DNA from: Myxococcota bacterium
GTDB taxonomy: Bacteria; Myxococcota_A; UBA796; SXON01
Assembly (NCBI GenBank): GCA_040386535.1
Contig: JAZKFH010000019.1
Coordinates: 96,001-160,000, forward strand
Reading direction: 5' to 3'
DNA length: 64,000 nucleotides
Part shown: in pieces, positions 58,079-64,000 of the stretch
How positions within the stretch are numbered: position 1 is the stretch's first letter
Layout: each line of letters starts with the position of its first letter
Program-made: the position numbers and the translations under genes
The notes under the pieces: generated by a model
Told to the model about the DNA's origin: nothing
The model's database searches: none
What the model saw: the letters and a program-made list of their open reading frames with translations, nothing else

Positions 58079-58324
58079 CAGCCCGTACTCTTCTCGACCG
58101 TGCGCCTGCCGCGCGGCTGCGAAACACGTATCCCAGCAGCCTTAGCCCGGCCGCTCCGCTTCGGAGCGGCCCAAAGGCAGGCCGAAGGTGCGCACTTCGG
58201 CGGCAACAAACCGAATAGCCATACCTGATCGTCGCGTCGGAGGCATGCTCCGCCGCCCCTCATCAACAAGGACCTGCCCCGTCCGCCGTCTAATGAAAGA
58301 CAGGGCAGGCCCTCCGGAGATCGC

Positions 58325-59137
58325 TTGTCCTCCTATTCTGACATCCGCCTTGCGGCAATGCAAGCCTTCCCCTTCTTGGGTCTCCCCGGCTTCGTTCGCT
58401 CCCAGCGCTTGGTAACCCTGCGAGAGCTTCCGTTCCTGTACGACGGCAAGTTGGTATTTCGGCCCGGTCTTCACGAATCGAGCGGTATCGTTCTGACCGG
58501 CACGGAAGCCTTCGAACCCGAATCGGTGACCGATCGCGATGTGGCAGTGGTCTTGGACGCGATTGCGCCGCTATACCAGTTCTGGCGATTGCACGACCGG
58601 GATGGTTTCCTTGCCGCGTGTTTCGCGCCGATGGTACTGCCGTCGCTCGGGCGCCCTTTGGGAGCGTTCGTCAATACTGGGGAGCCCGGCAAAACCAGTG
58701 TCATCGCGAACGTGTGCGCCGCGATCGCCACCGGGATGGTTTTCGAGAAGGCAATCCCCCTCATCCCGTTCCTGCGCGGCCGTCCCCCCGTCCTCTACAT
58801 GCCCGACCTTGATCTCGAGAAACCGGGGCAAGTGCAGCAGCTGCATTCGGCACTGGAACTCGGACAGTGGTCGGGCTCAGTGCTCGTCGCCAGGACGAGT
58901 TGGTCCGCCCGGGGCCGCGTCCCTCGGGCACACGTTGAAATCTGGGACGACTGGAGGTACCAGCATTGTATTGACTGGATCATCCAGAATCGCGCGGACG
59001 TCGTGAGCTGCTTGCTCCGTGTAATACAGACTTGGCTTGACGCCGGATGCCCGCGCTCGAAGTGCGCCCGCTCCGTGGGTCCCCATCCGTTGACCGCGAT
59101 CGCCGATATGGCCCGGCGCTGGCCCCAAAGCCGGTAG
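58325..59137 (+). CDS. Divergent, truncated paralog of the downstream P-loop ATPase (start may be ATG 58358)
   Basis: GEPGKT Walker A; CIDWIIQNRADVVSCLLRVIQTWLDAGCP aligns with LIAWVLENRALVLAVLLHIVQAWLDAGRP of next gene. Confidence 0.6.
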   Translation: MSSYSDIRLAAMQAFPFLGLPGFVRSQRLVTLRELPFLYDGKLVFRPGLHESSGIVLTGTEAFEPESVTDRDVAVVLDAIAPLYQFWRLHDRDGFLAACFAPMVLPSLGRPLGAFVNTGEPGKTSVIANVCAAIATGMVFEKAIPLIPFLRGRPPVLYMPDLDLEKPGQVQQLHSALELGQWSGSVLVARTSWSARGRVPRAHVEIWDDWRYQHCIDWIIQNRADVVSCLLRVIQTWLDAGCPRSKCARSVGPHPLTAIADMARRWPQSR

Positions 59138-59223
59138 CTCCGACCGCGCGCAATCGGCAGCAACAACGTTCCGGACCGGCGGTGCCGATCACGGTCGGGC
59201 GTCCCACAATCCTTGGATTAGCA

Positions 59224-60690
59224 ATGAGCAATGACGCCTTTGGTCATCTGGTAGCACCGTACACGATCGAGTGTCTCGCGACCACCACCGACGCCGAAAT
59301 CCTGGTTCGCCTCGCTCTCGTGGCGAACACCGCGAACCCGAATCTGTGCGAGCACCAGGGCATTTTGAAGGAGGTGCGCAATGGGCGCCTCCGCGAAATG
59401 CCTGCCGGAGAGATGGAGGCCATCCTCGCCCAGCATGTCATGTTGGGTGTACCGACCCGGGAAGGGCGCGTTCTCCGCTCGGTGCCGCATCGTTACGCGC
59501 ACCACCTTCGTAATCGGCCGCACGGCTACTTCCCGCTCGTTGAGATCGTTCTCTTCGGGCCCGGCCTGCTCCCCGACGGCACGCTCGCGCTCTCCGGGGG
59601 GCTGCGCAAGGATCAGGGCGTATACGTCGATTGGAAGTATCCGCCCATCGATCCCTCGATGGTGAGCCGGGACACGATCCGGGAAGTGGTCCAGCGCCTG
59701 TTGGACTTCCCGTTTGAGTCCGAAGCGGACTGCGCCACGGCCTTCGGGGCGATGCTCACCCCGCTGACCCGCGCGGACATCCGCGGCGCGTGCCCCTTGG
59801 TGTTCGTGACCAGCACGGGGTCGGGAGCCGGCAAGACGTACCTTGCCCGTGTAATCGGCGCCATCGCCCTGGGACGCGACCCGGAGGTACGTGGCCTCAC
59901 CGCGTGGAACGCGGAGGCAAGCCGCGAGTTGCATACCTACCTCCTCTCGGATCCTCGCATCCTGCTCCTCGACAACCTGCCCACGGGCGGCACCGTCGGG
60001 GGCGCTGACCTCCATAGGCTCATCAGCGCGACCAGCGAGATCGGCCTCCGTCCGATGGGCTCGGGCAAGGAGCGCTTCGTGCTCCCGCGGGCTCTGTGGG
60101 TCGCCACCGCCAACCATGCCTCGATCGACGACGAGATGGTCCGGCGGACGGTCTTTGTCCGGCTGCGGTGCGAACGCGGGCGCCCGCGGCTGACGCCGGA
60201 CCTCATCGCCTGGGTCCTCGAGAACCGCGCCCTCGTGCTCGCGGTGCTTCTCCACATCGTACAGGCGTGGCTGGACGCCGGCCGGCCGGGACCGTCGCGG
60301 AGCCGCCCTGGCTTCGACGAGTGGTCCGCTGTCGTGGGCGGCATCGTGGAGCACGCAGGGCTTCCTGGGTGGCTGGCCGTCGAGAATCACCCGGTCTCCG
60401 AGGAGAACAACGAGATCGCGGAGATGCTCCGGAGCTGGCCCCAGGCCGTCGGCGCCTTTGCCGAGCTGCGCCCGCACGGTGCCTATAAGCACGTCAAGGA
60501 GCGCGGCCTCTACGTCCTTGCCGCGCGCTTGGAAGAGGGCGTACATAGCCCGCGTTCGATCGATACGAATACTGGCAGGTTTCTTACCCTGCTTGTCCGG
60601 TCCGGTCGGGGCTACGGCGGGCTCCGCCTTAGCGAGCGGACCGGGCACGCGGGCCGCTTCTACAAGCCGGTTCCCGAAGGTTCGCCGTAG
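59224..60690 (+). CDS. SF3/D5-like replicative helicase-type P-loop ATPase without recognisable primase domain
   Basis: TGSGAGKT (Walker A), ILLLDN (Walker B), WVATAN (motif C), DEMVRR (Arg finger); C-terminal wHTH-like tail. Confidence 0.75.
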   Translation: MSNDAFGHLVAPYTIECLATTTDAEILVRLALVANTANPNLCEHQGILKEVRNGRLREMPAGEMEAILAQHVMLGVPTREGRVLRSVPHRYAHHLRNRPHGYFPLVEIVLFGPGLLPDGTLALSGGLRKDQGVYVDWKYPPIDPSMVSRDTIREVVQRLLDFPFESEADCATAFGAMLTPLTRADIRGACPLVFVTSTGSGAGKTYLARVIGAIALGRDPEVRGLTAWNAEASRELHTYLLSDPRILLLDNLPTGGTVGGADLHRLISATSEIGLRPMGSGKERFVLPRALWVATANHASIDDEMVRRTVFVRLRCERGRPRLTPDLIAWVLENRALVLAVLLHIVQAWLDAGRPGPSRSRPGFDEWSAVVGGIVEHAGLPGWLAVENHPVSEENNEIAEMLRSWPQAVGAFAELRPHGAYKHVKERGLYVLAARLEEGVHSPRSIDTNTGRFLTLLVRSGRGYGGLRLSERTGHAGRFYKPVPEGSP

Positions 60691-60710
60691 ATATAGCCAC
60701 TATGATCCAA

Positions 60711-60838
60711 GGTTTCACCAACCATGGTGAACCTGGTGAACTTGGTGAACCTCTAAAGCCATTGTCGAATCGGTATTGCTTTGGCTTCTCTCTGTAGGTT
60801 TTTTGGGGGGGGGGCAGAAAGGTTCTCCAGGTTCACCA
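60711..60838. repeat. Iteron-like 9-bp repeats, putative replication origin
   Basis: TGGTGAAC[C/T] x3 (60725-60751); inverted GGTTCTCCA, GGTTCACCA (60821-60838); T-run and G10 run between. Confidence 0.7.
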
Positions 60839-60871
60839 TGGGCTCGCATCCTGCTAAGGAGTCGGAATATT

Positions 60872-62044
60872 ATGCGCTTTGAAAGGTGTCGATCGGCTGA
60901 CGTGTCCCTGCGCGAACGTCTGCATAGCAAGGTTCCCCCGACCAGCTTCGAGGATTGGGCGGAGTGGTTCTACGACCTCGCGCCGCTGCGCGTTGATCCT
61001 GCGGGTATGCAGGCGGCTCTCCAAGCGGTCGCCCCCGTGCAACGCGTCGTGGAGTTCTACAGCCCCGGTCCGGTTTTGGAGCACTTGGCGGAGGCCGGTC
61101 GTCTGCACGAGTCGGTGTCCTTCAACCTCGCTCACCGCGAGTATCGCGGAGGGCGCACGTACTGCTTCTACCACCCCGATCGCGACGGGCTCGACGTCAC
61201 GACGGGTGGGTACCTTCGCGAGTCCGATGACCCCCGTGTTCACCTCCAGGCCGTACCCCGAGCCGTCCGGCATCTGCTGCTCCCGCCCCCCGAGCACGTC
61301 CTCGTCAACGTCGATATCAAGAGCTGTTTTCTCGCGGCCGCTGCTGCGCTCACCGGCGATCCCGTGCTGCGCGCGGACCTCGACCAGGATGTTCACCAGC
61401 TCTGGGGGGACCACCTGGTGCCGGAGCTCGATCGCGAAGGGCGCAAGGGGATCGGGAAGCTGTTCAACAACGCGTTGATCGGTGGGATGACCGAGTTCGG
61501 CGTAGCGCGCGCGTTTGAGGAGCGCGGTGTCCGCGTAACCGTCGATCGGGCCCGCGCGGCGACGGCTGAGTGGTGGTCCCGCTACTCCCGCTTCGCCGAT
61601 TTGCGTCTCCACGTTTGGGCCATGCACGAGCGCCACCGCCGCGCGCGCTCGGCGATGTGGATCGAAGCACCTGATGGGCGCATGTTCCATTTCGATACTC
61701 GCGCGCTCGATGGCACGGATAGGCATGAAGCCGATCCGATCGGCGGGGCCCGTCGCTCGACCTTCTCCTCCCTTTTTCGCGCAGTAGAGGGCTGTGTGCT
61801 CGATCGGGCGCTCGCCCTCGTTGCGGCCGAGGGGTACAAACTGGGAGTTCGGCTGGTCGTACCGATGTACGACGGCGCGCTGTTCGCTGTACCTGAGCGC
61901 TACGGAGGGTGCGGGAAGGCGCTTGTCGGGGGCGCGTTTAGGCAGGCGCTCTTGGATGTCGGGGTCCCCGCGAGGCTCGACCTCGAGCTGCGGCGTGCAT
62001 GGGGAGGCCCCCCCGAGCCGGAAGTACCGGAGGGCCGGGACTGA
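60872..62044 (+). CDS. Stand-alone, divergent family-A-like nucleic acid polymerase (TV-Pol-like), no exonuclease domains
   Basis: AAGGAG RBS; LQAVPRAVRHLL, motif A LVNVDIKSCFL, DVHQ, motif B RKGIGKLFNNALIGG, IEAPDGR, RAVEGCVL, motif C LVVPMYDGALF. Confidence 0.72.
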   Translation: MRFERCRSADVSLRERLHSKVPPTSFEDWAEWFYDLAPLRVDPAGMQAALQAVAPVQRVVEFYSPGPVLEHLAEAGRLHESVSFNLAHREYRGGRTYCFYHPDRDGLDVTTGGYLRESDDPRVHLQAVPRAVRHLLLPPPEHVLVNVDIKSCFLAAAAALTGDPVLRADLDQDVHQLWGDHLVPELDREGRKGIGKLFNNALIGGMTEFGVARAFEERGVRVTVDRARAATAEWWSRYSRFADLRLHVWAMHERHRRARSAMWIEAPDGRMFHFDTRALDGTDRHEADPIGGARRSTFSSLFRAVEGCVLDRALALVAAEGYKLGVRLVVPMYDGALFAVPERYGGCGKALVGGAFRQALLDVGVPARLDLELRRAWGGPPEPEVPEGRD

Positions 62045-62056
62045 CCTTCGCATCAC

Positions 62057-62209
62057 GGAGGTACATGCCGGGCCGGCGCCCGGATCGCCACTTTACAACG
62101 GTTGAAGTCTACTCTCCTTGCTGAGCCCCCGCCACTCCCCCGATGGGGGTCGAGCGGTGCGGCGGCGCCTTGGGGATCGGGCTGGCGGGTTCGACTCCCG
62201 CTACCTCCT
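62057..62209 (+). ncRNA. tRNA-like RNA with ~80-nt insertion in place of the anticodon loop
   Basis: Acceptor GGAGGTA/TACCTCC; D arm CCGGGC-CGGC-GCCCGG; TCGCCA/TGGGGA stem; T arm GCGGG-TTCGACT-CCCGC abutting acceptor. Confidence 0.65.
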
Positions 62210-62260
62210 CTCTCTCTACCTCTCTCACAATCGCTGGCCGATGTTCGGCCACAAACCAAT

Positions 62261-62629
62261 ATGGAAAACAACATGACCGAAGAGCTTCTCTGGCATCGCT
62301 ATTTCTACGAGGCGATCTGTACCATCAACGACCACGATTGGGATATCGCGAGCGCCCCGCTGGACCAGGTGTGCTTGGTGGCCCGGACTGCTGTCGAGTA
62401 CGCCCTCGCCCTGCGCAACGGGGCATCCCCGGAAGGGGCGGAGGAGGAAACGCGCGACTACTGGGCGGAGTGCATGGGCTGGGACGAGGACACGTCGGAA
62501 GAGGAGAGGGAGCGCCACGGCGGCGACGATGTTGAACGCGCTCTGGACATCGGTAGGGCGATCGGCTGGCTGAACGACAGCGCCACCGTAGGGAGCAAGC
62601 GCATCCCCGGCGCCATGCCGCCCGCGTAG
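62261..62629 (+). CDS. Small acidic hypothetical protein (start 62261 or 62273)
   Basis: MENNMTEELLWHRYFYEAIC...; protein-like composition, no recognised family. Confidence 0.55.
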   Translation: MENNMTEELLWHRYFYEAICTINDHDWDIASAPLDQVCLVARTAVEYALALRNGASPEGAEEETRDYWAECMGWDEDTSEEERERHGGDDVERALDIGRAIGWLNDSATVGSKRIPGAMPPA

Positions 62630-62875
62630 GCGCTTCCGATTACGACGGCACGTTGTTTGCGGTACCCGCAAGCGACGCCACGGCGGCGAGCCAACACCTG
62701 CGCCTCGATTCGACCGGGCCGCTCCGCGAGGCGAACGTCCCCGCGGGGCTTGACGTGTCGATCCGCGACGCAGCGGCCCCGTTGCACACCCCCGTCTCAT
62801 AGAAATGACTCATCGTGTTCCCGCTCGTTTGGCGCGCGGCGGGCACGCTCAACAGCGCCTTAGGAAAGAATCTCT

Positions 62876-63208
62876 ATGCTTCAATCGCACCCGCGTGACG
62901 CCCTCACTATCCATGCCGCAGAAATGCTTGATGTCATTTACGAACGCGAACCTCGCCGCGGTGTCTCGGCCGCGCTCGCGGACGCCGACGGCGCCGCCGA
63001 GTACGTCCTCGCGTATGAGGCCAGCGGAGATCCGGAACTGGCAGCGCGCGTGGCCCGGTTGCGTTGGGAGGAGAATCCCGGAAACGACCGTACCGAGACT
63101 TTCGAGTTCGTGCTTTCTCTGGCGGAGCTCCTGATCGACTTCGTACGGTGGCATGCGGAGAACGGCGAGGCGGTCCCGCGGCCCGGTCGCCCGGAGCCCA
63201 CCGAATGA
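62876..63208 (+). CDS. Small helical hypothetical protein
   Basis: AGGA upstream; amphipathic helices (FEFVLSLAELLIDFVRW). Confidence 0.5.
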   Translation: MLQSHPRDALTIHAAEMLDVIYEREPRRGVSAALADADGAAEYVLAYEASGDPELAARVARLRWEENPGNDRTETFEFVLSLAELLIDFVRWHAENGEAVPRPGRPEPTE

Positions 63209-63449
63209 GCCGGGGCAATCGCTCATAGGCGCTGACGCGGTGAAGCGCGCGGGACAGAGGATCGGCGCGTGCACCGGGCGGGCGGATCCTCTTCCCCATA
63301 TACGACTCGTCGGTGATTCAGGCCCCGCTGCCGGTCTCGTCGGCGGATGCTGGAACAAGGACGGCCACGCGGACAGACTCGAGCGCTTCTTGGCCGCTCC
63401 GACCTGGAAGCCGTGACGTACTCGGGGCGCGCCCCACCATCGGCCGCCC

Positions 63450-63767
63450 GTGGTACCCTCGGCGCTTGGGCCCAGCCGTCACGACACCGCCGCGATCTAC
63501 GGCGTGACCGTGAGAGTCGCGGCGTGCCAAGAGGATCGTTTCCCCTACCTGCCGGTATTTGACAACCTGGTCGAGAAGCTGGCGCAGGCGGGATTCACCG
63601 TCACGAGCGCGCCGCGGGAGTTCGGCTCGGGCACGCCTATGGCGCTCCGGGTCGCTCTTCGGGACGTGTCCACTTGCCGAGCCCGCTGGTGGTCCCCGTC
63701 GTGGAGGCCATCTTCGAGCCGCGCGCTGACAGCAAGTACACCCACCGCCTCGTCCTGCGCGGCGTAA
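63450..63767 (+). CDS. Possible hypothetical protein (boundaries uncertain)
   Basis: Protein-like core DRFPYLPVFDNLVEKLAQAGFTV; no RBS identified. Confidence 0.3.
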   Translation: MVPSALGPSRHDTAAIYGVTVRVAACQEDRFPYLPVFDNLVEKLAQAGFTVTSAPREFGSGTPMALRVALRDVSTCRARWWSPSWRPSSSRALTASTPTASSCAA

Positions 63768-64000
63768 ACGACGCGATCCGACGCGCCGGGGCAACCGTGG
63801 ATCGGATGGAGTCGGGGGCAAGAGCTTTGACGAGTTGAAGTGCGCGTGAAGTACCGCGCCCCGTCGTAAGACGCGTCGCGGTTCCACGGGGGAGAGTGAT
63901 CCCCCTGCCCGCCTAATACCTCCCGCCGGGGCGGGGCGAGGTCAACCGGATGGTCCGCAACGACGCCCGCAGGTTCGAGAGCCAGTAGACTGAGGTTCGC

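Larger units (their letters stand above)
53241..64000. mobile_element. tRNA-Gln-targeted integrative element (satellite/PICI-like or ICE-like); right end beyond window
   Basis: Integrase ends 95 bp from the tRNA 3' end; visible shift to more A/T-rich sequence; xis-like HTHs, replication genes, iterons; no virion genes seen in window. Confidence 0.85.

Noticed and set aside
60872..62044. Reverse transcriptase/retron (DIKSCF resembles RT motif A; ncRNA adjacent)
   Set aside because: No YxDD or QG motif; order and spacing of motifs follow family A polymerases.
62057..62209. tmRNA or tRNA-Sec
   Set aside because: Too short for tmRNA, no G3:U70 and no Ala-ending tag frame; no TCA anticodon loop or long variable arm for tRNA-Sec.
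63961..64000. attR (AGGTTCGA matches the tRNA T arm)
   Set aside because: Only 8 bp match and the following bases differ from the tRNA 3' end; element boundary not in window.

Overview
High-GC bacterial chromosome segment, most likely Myxococcota (MYXO-CTERM-like C-termini, AgmX/PglI domain, Asp-rich 'putative metal-binding motif' proteins). Bases 1-53,115 are largely core or accessory chromosome. They hold the lepA 3' end, a multi-PAS histidine kinase with its response regulator, secreted hydrolases, a DEDDh-WYL nuclease, a Ser/Thr kinase, and a dispersed Wzx/Wzy exopolysaccharide locus interrupted by hipBA, a REP-like repeat cluster and a ThiF/nitroreductase pair. serA, an NYN-LOTUS protein and MoxR-VWA follow. 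A tRNA-Gln(TTG) at 53,168-53,240 is the apparent insertion site of an integrative element that runs off the right edge. The element carries a tyrosine integrase, two excisionase-like HTHs, a HEPN(DUF4145)-SEL1-SEC-C cargo gene and an unusual replication module. That module is two paralogous SF3-like P-loop ATPases with no visible primase domain, an iteron-like origin, and a stand-alone, strongly diverged family-A-like (TV-Pol-like) polymerase. Twelve nt after the polymerase stop lies a 152-nt tRNA-shaped RNA with an ~80-nt insert in place of the anticodon loop. This helicase-ori-polymerase-tRNA-mimic cassette is the best candidate for an undescribed system. Chromosomal genes also show a recurring TA at -12 from the start codon (suggesting leaderless mRNAs) and ultra-short signal peptides. 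All calls are by-eye motif recognition; no searches were run.
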